64,000 nucleotides of DNA from Erysipelotrichales bacterium (lineage in GTDB: Bacteria; Bacillota_I; Bacilli_A; Acholeplasmatales; WRBM01). Position 1 is the first letter of the stretch. Every line of letters begins with the position of its first letter. Made by a program: the position numbers and the translations under genes. Where the stretch lies: positions 5,509 through 69,508 of the forward strand of contig WRBM01000005.1 of NCBI GenBank assembly GCA_009784525.1. The letters run 5' to 3'. Below the pieces are notes generated by a model. The model searched no databases. It was given only the letters and a program-made list of their open reading frames with translations, and was not told the DNA's origin. This document shows positions 48,311 through 58,579 of this stretch, in pieces.

Positions 48311-49618
48311 ATGCTTGAGAAAATTCAAGATTTCATTAAAAAACAAAAATTTTTTGCTAAAGATGAAAAACTTATCCTGGCGATAAGTGGCGGCATCGAC
48401 TCTATAGTTCTATTCGATATCTTAATAAAGTTAGGATACGATTTTTTATGTTGTCATGTCAATCATAATATAAGAAATAATACAGAAGCTGATTTATTGC
48501 TTATAAAAAATTTATGTTATAAACATAATATTTTACTTGAAGACTGCACTTTAACTTATCCAACAGAAAATTTTAATTTCCATGATTATACTCACCATCA
48601 ACGATATGCCTTCTTTAATAAGGTCGCCAATAAGCATAAAATAACTAAAATTTTAACAGCTCATCACGCTGATGATCAATTAGAAACCATTCTATTAAAA
48701 ATATCCAGAGGTAGTAATCTATATGGTTATGCAGGTATTAATCCTTTATTAAAAGAAAAAAATATCTCTTATATAAGGCCTCTTCTTAATTGTTCAAAAG
48801 AGGAGATTATTGCTTATCAACAAGCTAATCAGCTTGCATTCATTGAAGATAATACAAATTTGGAATCAAAATATATGCGAAATTATTTCCGTAATGAAGT
48901 AATACCCAAAATCAAAAAATCAAATCAAGCAATCTTACAAAAAGTGCAGGATTATCATCAGATTTTAAGTGAATCTTTCCAATATATTCGAAATAATAGT
49001 CTAGCTTTCTTAGCTAATAAAGAATATTTTTCCATCAAATGCTTCAAACAACTTGATATTGCTTTGCAAAAAGACATTATCAGCTATTTTTTCGAATTGC
49101 ATAATGTTTCAGCATCTTCTAAGAAAATCGCTGAAGTTATCAAGCAAATTTATAGTCGAAAATCTCAATTCTCTCTTCAGTTAAATACTGATTTCCTTTT
49201 AACAAAAGAATATGATATAATCAAAATTCAAAAAAAAACTACTGAAGATGGCTTTTTTTGTTTAATTAATAATCTAACAGAATTGAAAGCTTTGAATAAT
49301 AAATTTTTTTATTTTACTGAAGAAATTGCAAATTGTTGTTTAAAAAACCTAAAATTATGTTATAATAATATAGATTTTCCGTTAACACTTCGTTATAAAA
49401 CAGATGGTGATTATATCGATTTTGCTTATGGAAGGAAAAAAGTAAAGAAAATATTTATCGATTTTAAAATACCAATGCAAAAAAGAACAAAAATCCCTCT
49501 TGTAGCCAAAAAAGGAAATGAAGTTATCTGGATTCCACAACTAGACCTTCAGACTTCTGTTCCTGATCAAGGTGAGCATGGATTTTTAGTATATAAATCA
49601 GGGAGAAAAAATGCATAA
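48311..49618 (+). CDS. tilS: tRNA(Ile)-lysidine synthase
   Basis: PP-loop ILAISGGIDS. ATG at 48311 follows GGTGA with 7-nt spacing and is preferred over the TTG at 48269. Context with hpt and ftsH. Confidence 0.9.
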   Translation: MLEKIQDFIKKQKFFAKDEKLILAISGGIDSIVLFDILIKLGYDFLCCHVNHNIRNNTEADLLLIKNLCYKHNILLEDCTLTYPTENFNFHDYTHHQRYAFFNKVANKHKITKILTAHHADDQLETILLKISRGSNLYGYAGINPLLKEKNISYIRPLLNCSKEEIIAYQQANQLAFIEDNTNLESKYMRNYFRNEVIPKIKKSNQAILQKVQDYHQILSESFQYIRNNSLAFLANKEYFSIKCFKQLDIALQKDIISYFFELHNVSASSKKIAEVIKQIYSRKSQFSLQLNTDFLLTKEYDIIKIQKKTTEDGFFCLINNLTELKALNNKFFYFTEEIANCCLKNLKLCYNNIDFPLTLRYKTDGDYIDFAYGRKKVKKIFIDFKIPMQKRTKIPLVAKKGNEVIWIPQLDLQTSVPDQGEHGFLVYKSGRKNA

Positions 49619-50141
49619 AGATTTAAAAAAAATACTTGTTGATGAGAAAAAGATTGAAGATATCTGCTTAAAACTTGCAAGTAAGATTAATCAAGATTAT
49701 AAAGGTAAAAAACCGATAATTATCGGCGTCTTAAAGGGCTGTCAGCCTTTTATGAGCGATTTACTGAAAAAGCTTGATTTAGACTGTGAACTTGATTATA
49801 TTGTCTGCTCAAGTTATGTGGGGGCCAGTTCTTCTGGTTTTGTGGAATTAAAAAAGGATGTTCAACTTTCGGTTAAAGAGCGAGATGTTATTTTAATCGA
49901 GGATATCGTTGATACTGGAAGAACTTTAAAAATGCTTGAAGAAATCTTTAAGACAAGACATGTAAAAAGTTTTGAAGTTGTGGTTTTATTCGATAAGAAA
50001 GCAGCTCGAATCGCTGATTTTAATCCAAAATATGTTGGAATGGAAATCGGCAATGACTTTATTGTCGGTTATGGACTTGATTATAACGAGAATTACCGGA
50101 ATTTGCCTTATGTCGGAATTCTCAAAGAAAATATTTATTAA
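49611..50141 (+). CDS. hpt: hypoxanthine phosphoribosyltransferase
   Basis: PRPP-binding motif [13 protein letters not shown]. Context. Confidence 0.95.
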   Translation: MHKDLKKILVDEKKIEDICLKLASKINQDYKGKKPIIIGVLKGCQPFMSDLLKKLDLDCELDYIVCSSYVGASSSGFVELKKDVQLSVKERDVILIEDIVDTGRTLKMLEEIFKTRHVKSFEVVVLFDKKAARIADFNPKYVGMEIGNDFIVGYGLDYNENYRNLPYVGILKENIY

Positions 50142-50155
50142 GAGGTGTAAAAAAT

Positions 50156-52078
50156 ATGGAAAAAAAGAACAATCCCCCTAGAAGACGGTTTGATTTCGGG
50201 ATATATATAATATTTGCCTTATTGATGATTGGTGGTTTCATTGCTTTAAGGAATATGATGCAGCCAGCAGTATTAAGAATTGCTTTTAGTGATATTGACT
50301 ATTATGCTCCGGCAATAAGAGAGGCTCATTCAATTCCTGTTGGAAATGATAATCCAGGGCATTTCTTCATCAGAGGAACATTCGAAGAACCTGTCCAGAA
50401 CATCCATGATGAAAGTAATAATCCTAGAAGGTATACACATTTTGAAATAATTCTTCCTACTGAACATCATTTAGTCGAATTTTTAAATAATCCTTTGCTT
50501 CCTGCCGATTTTACCTTCACAACCAGAGTCATAACAAGAAATATTTTCCTAGATTTCTTATTCGCAATATTACCCTTTGCTTTAATTATCATCGTATTAT
50601 TTATTGTACTTAGAAATCTTGGTGGCGGTAACAATAAAGCCTTTGATTTCGGTAAAAGCCGAGCCCAGCTTAATCGTCAGAAAACAACTAACTTTAAGGA
50701 TGTTGCTGGTTGTGATGAAGAGAAACAAGAACTTGAAGAAATCATTGACTTCTTAAAAAATCCAAGAAAATATAGTAAGATGGGTGTCCGCATTCCTAAG
50801 GGAATTCTACTTGTCGGACCTCCGGGAACAGGTAAAACTTTATTAGCTAAAGCAGTTGCTGGTGAAGCTATGGTTCACTTCTTCTCTATAAGTGGTGCTG
50901 ATTTCGTAGAAATGTTTGTCGGAGTTGGTGCTTCAAGAGTTAGGGATTTATTTAAAAATGCTAGAGAACATGCGCCATGTATTGTATTTATTGATGAGAT
51001 TGATGCGGTCGGACGTCAGCGTGGTGCCGGAATGGGCGGCGGACATGATGAGCGCGAACAAACTTTAAATCAGTTATTAGTTGAGATGGATGGTTTCAAT
51101 AATTCTACAGGTGTTATCATCATGGCTGCGACAAATCGCTCTGATGTTCTTGACCCAGCCTTATTAAGACCAGGACGATTTGACCGTCAGATTACAGTTC
51201 ACCTACCTGATTTACGCGGACGTGAAGCAATACTTCGTGTTCATGCTAGAAACAAAAGCATTGACCCTAGTGTTAAATTAGAGGATTTAGCCCCAAGAAT
51301 TCCTTTCTTCTCTGGTGCGGATATTGAAAACCTCTTAAATGAGTCCGGTATTCTAGCGGCTCGTGCCAACAGAGAAACTATTTTAATGGAAGATCTTGAT
51401 GAAGCAATCGATCGTGTTTTAATGGGACCTGCTAAGAAATCTAAGAAATATACTCCTAAAGAGCGTAAGATGGTTGCTTATCATGAAGCTGGCCATGCCG
51501 TTATCGGTATTCGTTTTGAGAATGCTAATATTGTTCAAAAAATTACGATTATTCCACGCGGACGCGCTGGTGGTTATAACCTAATGGTTCCAAAGGAAGA
51601 AACTTACTTTCAAACTAAAAAAGATCTTCTTGAAGAAATTACTGGCTTTTTAGCTGGACGAGTTGCGGAGGAACTGGTTTTTGAAGAAATCAGTACAGGC
51701 GCTCACAATGACTTCCAACGCGCAACGCAAATTGCCAGGCTAATGGTTACGGAAGTTGGTATGAGTAATCTGGGACCAATTCAATACGAACAAAGAGATG
51801 GCAATGTCTTCTTAGGCCGTGACTACTTAAAAGAAAAGAATTTCAGCGATCAGATTGCCTTAGAGATTGACAAAGAAGTTCGTGAAATTATTATGGGCTG
51901 TTACGAAAATGCTAAGAAATGTATTATCGAAAATCGTCAGTTATTAGACACAATCGCTTATTATCTATTAGAAATCGAAACATTAACTAAAGAAAATATC
52001 GATGAGATTGTGGAAACTGGTAAACTTGCTTTCTGGGATGAGCGCAAGAAAAACGAAACTACTGATGAGACTCGATAA
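50156..52078 (+). CDS. ftsH: ATP-dependent zinc metalloprotease FtsH
   Basis: Walker [17 protein letters not shown] region, and Zn motif HEAGHA. Confidence 0.98.
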   Translation: MEKKNNPPRRRFDFGIYIIFALLMIGGFIALRNMMQPAVLRIAFSDIDYYAPAIREAHSIPVGNDNPGHFFIRGTFEEPVQNIHDESNNPRRYTHFEIILPTEHHLVEFLNNPLLPADFTFTTRVITRNIFLDFLFAILPFALIIIVLFIVLRNLGGGNNKAFDFGKSRAQLNRQKTTNFKDVAGCDEEKQELEEIIDFLKNPRKYSKMGVRIPKGILLVGPPGTGKTLLAKAVAGEAMVHFFSISGADFVEMFVGVGASRVRDLFKNAREHAPCIVFIDEIDAVGRQRGAGMGGGHDEREQTLNQLLVEMDGFNNSTGVIIMAATNRSDVLDPALLRPGRFDRQITVHLPDLRGREAILRVHARNKSIDPSVKLEDLAPRIPFFSGADIENLLNESGILAARANRETILMEDLDEAIDRVLMGPAKKSKKYTPKERKMVAYHEAGHAVIGIRFENANIVQKITIIPRGRAGGYNLMVPKEETYFQTKKDLLEEITGFLAGRVAEELVFEEISTGAHNDFQRATQIARLMVTEVGMSNLGPIQYEQRDGNVFLGRDYLKEKNFSDQIALEIDKEVREIIMGCYENAKKCIIENRQLLDTIAYYLLEIETLTKENIDEIVETGKLAFWDERKKNETTDETR

Positions 52079-52343
52079 ATTTTTAAAGCTTTCCAGAATT
52101 ATTAAAAGACGAACTGTAGCGAAAAAGGTTTCTGAAGCTGAAAATATTAAGGTTAACGGCAAAACCGCAAAACCTTCGCTTGTCTTAAAAGTTAATGACC
52201 TAGTTTCTTTACAATACTATACAAAGATTATTACAATTCGTGTTACTTCTTTAACGGAAAATCCTAGTAAAGAAAACAGTGCGCTGATGTATGATTTAAT
52301 TAGTGAAGAGAAAATTAATATAAATGAAAATCCTCCGGTTTAA
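52065..52343 (+). CDS. rqcP: S4-domain RNA-binding protein (YabO/RqcP-like)
   Basis: [33 protein letters not shown] closely follows the B. subtilis YabO N-terminus. The ORF-track N-terminal extension overlaps ftsH and is unlikely to be real. Confidence 0.75.
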   Translation: MRLDKFLKLSRIIKRRTVAKKVSEAENIKVNGKTAKPSLVLKVNDLVSLQYYTKIITIRVTSLTENPSKENSALMYDLISEEKININENPPV

Positions 52344-52358
52344 CCAGAGGATTTTTTT
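52328..52358 (+). terminator. rho-independent terminator
   Basis: AAATCCTC-cggtttaacca-GAGGATTT stem followed by TTTT. Overlaps the stop codon of the S4 gene. Confidence 0.7.
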
Positions 52359-52517
52359 CATTTTTCAGATAACAGGAAAGCTTTTAAATGCATGCTAATT
52401 ACCACTTCATTAGTTACAAAAGGCGTATATATCTATTGATACTGCAAACTTTTGCAACTATCTTTTCCTTGTTATTTTTCAATTTTTACAAATTTTAAAG
52501 GCACTACGTCATAGTTT

Positions 52518-53318
52518 TTATTGGTTTAATTTGATTTGATCATAAGTGTTGGTTCTTTTTAAAATAAAAATTGTTTTTCCTTTTATCGTAAAGTTCCTAA
52601 AAAAAGTTGAAACACTTTTGCTAGAATGACCGTAAAGTTTTGGACTAAATTCATTTTCTTTGCGGTAAATTTCACTCATAAACAAAGAAAAATGCATCCA
52701 ACCATCTGACTTAGCATTATCATCAATAATTTCTTTAGCTATTTCAACTAGCTTCAGACTCCTTGTTTCTGCTATTGATTGGTTTTGTTTTTTTGTTGTT
52801 TTAGGCTTTTGTGTCTGCTTTACTTCTGCTTTTGGAACAGGAACATTAGTTTTAACAACTTTTTCTGCTATTTCTTTCGCTTCTAATAATTCATCGATTG
52901 GAATAAAGCGGTCACAAGCCTTTCTGAAAGCCTCAGGCGTCTTTTTCTCGCCAGCCCCAATACAGACAAGGTTATCATTTCTAAAGCGCATCGCAAGCCC
53001 GGTAAAGTCGCTATCGCTTGTGGCTAAACAGAAACAGTCCACTTTTCCTTTGTAAAGAATATCCATCGCATCAATTATCATTGAAGAATCTGAAGCATTT
53101 TTACCTTTTGTATAAGCAATTTGCTGGACTTGTTCGATTGAATATTCTAAAAGAGCATCTTTCCAGCCATTGCCTTTCGGCTTAGAAAAATCGCCATATA
53201 GTCTTCGGTAAGTCACGCGACCATATTGGCTAAGCTCGTCTAATAAAATCGAAAAATACTCTCTTGAGATATTATCAGAATCAATGAGTAAAGCTATTGT
53301 TTTATCTTTAATTTCCAT
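52518..53318 (-). CDS. NYN (LabA-like) nuclease-domain protein with C-terminal OST-HTH/LOTUS-like domain
   Basis: IALLIDSDNIS...YGDFS...NASDSSMIIDAM...LATSDSDFTGL is the NYN/LabA core. A lysine-rich linker follows, then a small C-terminal domain (DGWMHFSLFMSEI...). Confidence 0.75.
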   Translation of the reverse strand: MEIKDKTIALLIDSDNISREYFSILLDELSQYGRVTYRRLYGDFSKPKGNGWKDALLEYSIEQVQQIAYTKGKNASDSSMIIDAMDILYKGKVDCFCLATSDSDFTGLAMRFRNDNLVCIGAGEKKTPEAFRKACDRFIPIDELLEAKEIAEKVVKTNVPVPKAEVKQTQKPKTTKKQNQSIAETRSLKLVEIAKEIIDDNAKSDGWMHFSLFMSEIYRKENEFSPKLYGHSSKSVSTFFRNFTIKGKTIFILKRTNTYDQIKLNQ

Positions 53319-53401
53319 AACTTATTTTCCTTTTCATGGATCATTATCTTGAAATGTAGCACTTGAATCATTAAAATTATATAATAAATTCATCTAAAAT
53401 G

Positions 53402-53432
53402 CAAACAAAAAGAGATGCGCAATGCATCTCTT
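53402..53432 (-). terminator. rho-independent terminator after the bofA-like ORF
   Basis: Minus strand: AGAGATGC-attgc-GCATCTCT followed by TTTTGTTTGC. Confidence 0.65.
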
Positions 53433-53444
53433 AAAGATTAATTA

Positions 53445-53621
53445 TCATAATAATAAGATAATTATTACTACTACCAAGCCCGGAACCCTTAAAAATCCTA
53501 CTAAAAGAATTGTCCAGACATTGACAGGGATGTTGTAGTCAAAAAATCTTGAACCAAAAAAATTTATTAAGTATAATGCAACAACACCTATAATTAGTGA
53601 TTTTGCGATTTCTTTTATCAT
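53445..53621 (-). CDS. bofA: unlisted small membrane ORF, BofA-like (pro-sigma-K processing inhibitor family)
   Basis: 58 aa: MIKEIAKSLIIGVVALYLINFFGSRFFDYNIPVNVWTILLVGFLRVPGLVVVIIILLL. The segment NFFG....IPVN..T.L..G.LR.PG resembles the conserved BofA C-terminal half. GGGTGA RBS, own terminator, and close to recR as in Bacillus. Confidence 0.55.
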   Translation of the reverse strand: MIKEIAKSLIIGVVALYLINFFGSRFFDYNIPVNVWTILLVGFLRVPGLVVVIIILLL

Positions 53622-53682
53622 TTTTATTTTGTCACCCGATAAAATATATTCGACAAAATTATAATTTATGCTCTAATATTAC

Positions 53683-54444
53683 TTATTTTAAATCATTTTT
53701 ATGGAATAAGATATTTCCAAAAATAAGCATTAATAAAACCCATCCTAAAGTACTAAAGATTCCAATTAAAAGGACTTTAGCTTCAAGATTCAGCAATGAC
53801 TGCAGAATCTGACCAGGCACTATATTAAAGATATCGATTACTAGTTGGTTAGTAGAAACATTTCCGATAGCTCCAATCATTAAGGCGACAAACGGAAAAA
53901 CTAAAGCAAAGACAACTGATAAACCAGAGCTTTTAACAATCATAGCGATGAATATTGCGAAAGTAATAAACACTGAATAAACAGTAACCCCTGTAGCAAA
54001 AATTCCTAAAAGGCTTCCCAATTCACTGGCACTAAAAGCAACATCACTAAAACCAAAGAAAATACTTCCTAGAACTAGATTGATTAATGACGCAAGAACC
54101 ATTAAAAGTAAACCAAATAAGAAACTTGAGATGAACATACTAAAATAAACATGAAGTCTTTTATGTCCACAAATAATTTTATTACGAATGGTTCCATTAG
54201 AAAATTCGCGACTAATCAAAAGAGCAACAAAAATCGGCACAATAATCCCAACATCATTTATTGAGAATGTTGAAGCAAACAATCCTCTTCCATAGATATT
54301 TAATCCCATACCTTCAAAAGTATTTCTAAGAGCTAGTGTTATCAAGAGGTTTATAACAACAAAGCTGACTATTACGATTAAACCCACTAAAGCAACCCTG
54401 TCTTTACGGATTTTAAGAAATTCTGATTTCAACAAATTAAGCAT
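53683..54444 (-). CDS. ABC-2 type transporter permease
   Basis: 253 aa with 6 TM helices. 8-nt overlap with the upstream ATPase gene. Confidence 0.7.
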   Translation of the reverse strand: MLNLLKSEFLKIRKDRVALVGLIVIVSFVVINLLITLALRNTFEGMGLNIYGRGLFASTFSINDVGIIVPIFVALLISREFSNGTIRNKIICGHKRLHVYFSMFISSFLFGLLLMVLASLINLVLGSIFFGFSDVAFSASELGSLLGIFATGVTVYSVFITFAIFIAMIVKSSGLSVVFALVFPFVALMIGAIGNVSTNQLVIDIFNIVPGQILQSLLNLEAKVLLIGIFSTLGWVLLMLIFGNILFHKNDLK

Positions 54445-55357
54445 GTCTATTTCCTCCCATTAACTTCAGATAAAATTCCTCGATGTTTTCATCATTATTA
54501 GCGATATTTTTAATTGTAATTCCTGCTTGAGCAAATTTACTTACAATTGTATTGATATCGGCATCCTGATATATTTTAACTTCATCAACAGATATTTTAT
54601 AGTTTGTAATTTTTAATTCTTCCAGGATTGTTGCGACATTCTCAGTTGAAGAAACTTTGATTTCTAACGATTTACGGCTTTCTTCCGCCAATTCCTTAGC
54701 AGTTATTTCTTTAATCATCTTTCCACGATGGATAAAACCATACTTAGTCGCAACCCGCGATAATTCTGTTAGGATATGACTGGAAATTAAAAAAGTAATA
54801 TTTTTTTCTTTATTTAGTTTAACGATTAATTCACGCATCTCAACGATACCTTCTGGATCAAGGCCATTCATTGGTTCATCCAAAATGATGAAATCAGGAT
54901 TTCCGATTAAAGCAATCGCAATTCCTAAACGTTGTTTCATACCTAAAGAAAAGTTTCTAGCTTTTTTCGAGTTATTAATCAGATAATTAAGGTTAACAAT
55001 CTCCAAGGTTTCTTTAATAAGATCTGGATTATTGATTCCTAAGATTTTACATTGCATCAAAAGATTATCATAAGCTGTCATATTAAGATATAACGAAGGT
55101 GATTCAACTACGGCACTAAGTTTTCTTCTTACATTGTTAATATTTGGATCATTTTTATCAGTACCAAAAAGTTCATAAGTTCCGCTAGTTTCATTTACAA
55201 GTCCAGCTATCATACGAATGATAGTTGTTTTACCAGCACCATTCTCGCCGACAAAGCCATAAATATCGCCTGCATTAATAGTCATATTAGCATTATCGAC
55301 TGCGACTTGCATCTTGTAATTTTTTGTTAAATTGTTTGTTTTTAAAATATTTTGCAT
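54437..55357 (-). CDS. ABC transporter ATP-binding protein (ABC-2/bacitracin-lantibiotic export type)
   Basis: Walker A GENGAGKTT, signature FSLGMKQR, Walker B IILDEP. Confidence 0.9.
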   Translation of the reverse strand: MQNILKTNNLTKNYKMQVAVDNANMTINAGDIYGFVGENGAGKTTIIRMIAGLVNETSGTYELFGTDKNDPNINNVRRKLSAVVESPSLYLNMTAYDNLLMQCKILGINNPDLIKETLEIVNLNYLINNSKKARNFSLGMKQRLGIAIALIGNPDFIILDEPMNGLDPEGIVEMRELIVKLNKEKNITFLISSHILTELSRVATKYGFIHRGKMIKEITAKELAEESRKSLEIKVSSTENVATILEELKITNYKISVDEVKIYQDADINTIVSKFAQAGITIKNIANNDENIEEFYLKLMGGNRHA

Positions 55358-55506
55358 AAATTCTCCTCCAATAATCTATTATACACTAAAAACGGCAATT
55401 CTCACTAATAATTTACAAAGTTCTTTAATATTTCAAATATATATATAATTTCTTATTATTAATATTTAATAACTGTCATATTTTAGCTTTGTTGATAACA
55501 ATAAGC

Positions 55507-55533
55507 AAAAAAACTCCTCTTATTAAAGAGAAG
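55507..55533 (-). terminator. rho-independent terminator after the recR-88aa unit
   Basis: Minus strand: CTTCTCTT-taat-AAGAGGAG (8 bp, one G-U pair) followed by TTTTTTTG. Confidence 0.6.
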
Positions 55534-55551
55534 TTCAGGCAATTAATTATG

Positions 55552-55818
55552 CTATATAAAATGACTTAATAAATAAAAGGCTGCTAAAGAAAATATCAAA
55601 AAATAAATCATAAGTTTAGGTACAGCTAATAAAACCTTTTTAATAAATTGAAAACTACCTAGAATTAGCAAATAACCTATAAAGATATAGCCTAAAACTT
55701 GAATGAATGTCGGAAGAATCATGAACTCTTCAATTACAAATTCAAAGAATCTTGAAGTATCGGCATAAAGGCCTGTGAAGTAATCCCTGACGTTACGTAT
55801 TGAATCCGTAAACGGCAT
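55552..55818 (-). CDS. small membrane protein, hypothetical
   Basis: 88 aa with two or three hydrophobic helices. GGAGG RBS. Occupies the slot after recR. Confidence 0.5.
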   Translation of the reverse strand: MPFTDSIRNVRDYFTGLYADTSRFFEFVIEEFMILPTFIQVLGYIFIGYLLILGSFQFIKKVLLAVPKLMIYFLIFSLAAFYLLSHFI

Positions 55819-55836
55819 TTATAAGCCTCCTGATCT

Positions 55837-56436
55837 TTAGTATTTTTTCCTTCCCTCAAGCGAAGCTGCGATAGTCAGTAAGTCTGCATATTGCAAATCA
55901 CCGCCAACAGGAATACCGTAAGCAATCCGGCTTACGTTTATATTTTTATCCGAAACCAGGTTTTTTATGTATTTAGCTGTCATTTCTCCCTCTATTGTGG
56001 CATTAGTCGCCAAAATAAGTTCTTCTATTTTTGCATTATCTAACCGGCTTAATAATTTTTCGACATTGATATCTTGAGGTCCAATGCCCTTACTTAAGTT
56101 AATAAGTCCGTTTAAAACATGATATTTGCCTTTAAAGGTTTTAGTTTTTTCTAAAGCAATGACATCCTTCAAATCCTCAACTACCATAATCAAATTTGGG
56201 TCGCGAGTCGTATCATCACAAATTGCACAATTTTCCTGATCGCTAAGATTCGCACAAATCGGACATCGACTAATAGCTTCTTTCAATTTTAATAAACTAT
56301 CGCCAAATCTATTAATATCTTCATCATTCATTTTAGTTAAAATGAAAAAAGCGAAACGTTCCGCTGATTTCATACCAATTCCTGGTAAAAGAGCAAAAGA
56401 TTCAATCAAATCACTGATTGCTTTTGGATAATCCAT
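55837..56436 (-). CDS. recR: recombination protein RecR
   Basis: HhH N-terminus, C4 zinc finger CPICANLSDQENCAICDD, and a Toprim domain. Confidence 0.97.
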   Translation of the reverse strand: MDYPKAISDLIESFALLPGIGMKSAERFAFFILTKMNDEDINRFGDSLLKLKEAISRCPICANLSDQENCAICDDTTRDPNLIMVVEDLKDVIALEKTKTFKGKYHVLNGLINLSKGIGPQDINVEKLLSRLDNAKIEELILATNATIEGEMTAKYIKNLVSDKNINVSRIAYGIPVGGDLQYADLLTIAASLEGRKKY

Positions 56437-56733
56437 TTAAAATAAACCGCCTAAAGCTCCTTGTTGGTAAGGTGCTAGAGCTTTTTCCGTTTCTTTTTCG
56501 ATGCGACGGATACAATCGTTGACTGCTGTTAAGATTAAATCTTCCAACATTTCAATATCATCAAGTTCTTTATCAATCGTTACTTTAATAATTTCTTTTG
56601 ATCCAAGTGCTTTAATAACAACTGCACCGCCTCCGGAAGTACCAATGAATTCTGTCTCTTCAATTTGCTTCTGAGCATCTTCCATATCCTTTTGCATCTT
56701 TTTTAATTTGTTTAGCATTTGTGGGTTAAACAT
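56437..56733 (-). CDS. ybaB: YbaB/EbfC nucleoid-associated protein
   Basis: 98 aa. MQKDMEDAQKQIEE...GGGAV... pattern. Conserved dnaX-ybaB-recR order. Confidence 0.9.
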   Translation of the reverse strand: MFNPQMLNKLKKMQKDMEDAQKQIEETEFIGTSGGGAVVIKALGSKEIIKVTIDKELDDIEMLEDLILTAVNDCIRRIEKETEKALAPYQQGALGGLF

Positions 56734-56736
56734 TTT

Positions 56737-58515
56737 TTATTCCTCCTTGAGTTTTACTAATTCAGACCCAAAAACATTTTGGGCGATTGTAAGCATTTCA
56801 TTTTTCGTTGATAAATCATTAGTAATCGCATTAATCTCTTCTTCATCATCAAGATAAATTTCTAAGTCAATATCCGCTAACTGTGGTTTTTTTTGTCCTT
56901 GCCGATATTTATCTTGAAAATCTTTTAGTACAATCAGCCATTTATCTTTAGGTAATACATAATATTCCTTAACAAGTTCACTTTTGCGATTAAGGATTTT
57001 TTTAACTAAGCGTTTTGTTTGATTTTTCATCATCCGGTTACAGATAATCTTATTCTCATAAACTAATATCATCTTATCTTCAGAGGCGGCTACCAACTCA
57101 CCTTGGCTTAAGAGCTTAGCAGTTATTTCTAGTTCTTGATCGGATATGTTCTTTAAAAAAGGCCAGCCTTTTAATAGTAGTTCTTTTTTATCTTTATTTG
57201 CGGCATTAAGAACTTCACCAATTTCTGAGGTAGTAAGTTTTTTACCATTAATTTTATTAACAACAAGCTCTTCTTTTTCCCGACTTAACATCCGTTCCTT
57301 AAGCGGAATTTTTCCAGAAATCTGATTAAAACTTCTTTCTTCCAGCGATTGAACTTTTCTTAAAAGATGCTCATACTTTTCTGAAAGAGCAGTGAATTCT
57401 TTTTCTAAGTCAGCGCTTTTATTTTCTTGAAAATCAGTCATTTTAATTATCGATAATTCAAAAAATGCTCGTTTCTGACTAGAAAATCTAGAAATATTTT
57501 GGGCATCATTTAAAATATTTAAGTAAAAAAACAACTTCTGATTTGATAGTTTTTCAGCCAAAGTAATAAATGATTTATTCGTAAAGATGGCTTTGTCACC
57601 TTCTTTAGCTCCAACATTCTGATAAACTAATAAATCACGGAAAAAAATGATAAGGTCGTTAATAATCCGCGGAATCTCTTTTCCAGTATCTAATAATTCA
57701 TCAATAACAGTCATTGCTTTAGGACTATCAAGGTTTTCAATCTTTTCTGCCAACTCGATCATCTTTGCGCTAGACACACCACCAGAAACAGCGAAAACAT
57801 CGTTTTCTGTGATATTCTCATTATTATAGGCTGATAGCTGGTCAAGAAGACTTATCGCATCTCGCATACCACCTTCCGCAAACTCAGCTATTAAAGTCAG
57901 AGCTTCAGTAGTAATGGTAATTTTTTCCTCTTTAGCAATCACTTCCAGACGTTTTCTTAGATCGGCCCTAGTGATAGCTTTAAAATCAAATCGCTGACAA
58001 CGAGAAAGAATCGTTAAAGGAATTTTATAAGGCTCTGTAGTTGCTAAAATGAAAACAACATACTTTGGTGGCTCTTCTAAAGTCTTTAAAAGTGCATTAA
58101 AAGCTGAGGTCGATAACATATGAACTTCGTCAATAATATAAACCTTGTATTTGCCGTTAGCCGGATAATATTTGACTTTGTCTCTGATTTCCCGAATTTC
58201 TTCAACACCATTATTACTTGCGGCATCAATCTCTAATACATCAACATTAGTATTTTGCATAATACTTAAGCAAGAATCACATTCATTACAAGGCTCATCT
58301 GTTGGACTCTTGATGCAATTTAAGGCTTTAGCTACGATTTTAGCAATCGTTGTCTTACCAGTGCCACGTGGACCCGAAAATAAATAAGCGTGTCCAAACC
58401 TATTAAACTGCAATGCATTCTTCAAAGTAACTGTAATATGCTCCTGCCCGGAGATATCGCTAAACGATTTCGGTCTGTATTGCCGATATAAAGCCTGATA
58501 AGCCAAAAATAACAC
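56737..58515 (-). CDS. dnaX: DNA polymerase III subunit gamma/tau
   Basis: YQALYRQYRP, GPRGTGKTT and the Zn module CNECDSC. The TTG at 58506, after AAGAAGGTG, is a slightly better start than the GTG at 58515. Confidence 0.95.
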   Translation of the reverse strand: MLFLAYQALYRQYRPKSFSDISGQEHITVTLKNALQFNRFGHAYLFSGPRGTGKTTIAKIVAKALNCIKSPTDEPCNECDSCLSIMQNTNVDVLEIDAASNNGVEEIREIRDKVKYYPANGKYKVYIIDEVHMLSTSAFNALLKTLEEPPKYVVFILATTEPYKIPLTILSRCQRFDFKAITRADLRKRLEVIAKEEKITITTEALTLIAEFAEGGMRDAISLLDQLSAYNNENITENDVFAVSGGVSSAKMIELAEKIENLDSPKAMTVIDELLDTGKEIPRIINDLIIFFRDLLVYQNVGAKEGDKAIFTNKSFITLAEKLSNQKLFFYLNILNDAQNISRFSSQKRAFFELSIIKMTDFQENKSADLEKEFTALSEKYEHLLRKVQSLEERSFNQISGKIPLKERMLSREKEELVVNKINGKKLTTSEIGEVLNAANKDKKELLLKGWPFLKNISDQELEITAKLLSQGELVAASEDKMILVYENKIICNRMMKNQTKRLVKKILNRKSELVKEYYVLPKDKWLIVLKDFQDKYRQGQKKPQLADIDLEIYLDDEEEINAITNDLSTKNEMLTIAQNVFGSELVKLKEE

Positions 58516-58579
58516 CTTCTTTAAATATATATTTTACTATAAAATTCCACTTTTTTCAAGTTCTATTTATATTAAATAG

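Noticed and set aside
52369-52475. Imperfect inverted repeat ATAACAGGAAAG ... CTTTTCCTTGTTAT enclosing about 80 bp, which includes the TGCAAA-ct-TTTGCA palindrome. Considered as a MITE.
   Set aside because: The arms need two indels to pair, there are no target-site duplications, and no second copy occurs in the window. Support is insufficient.
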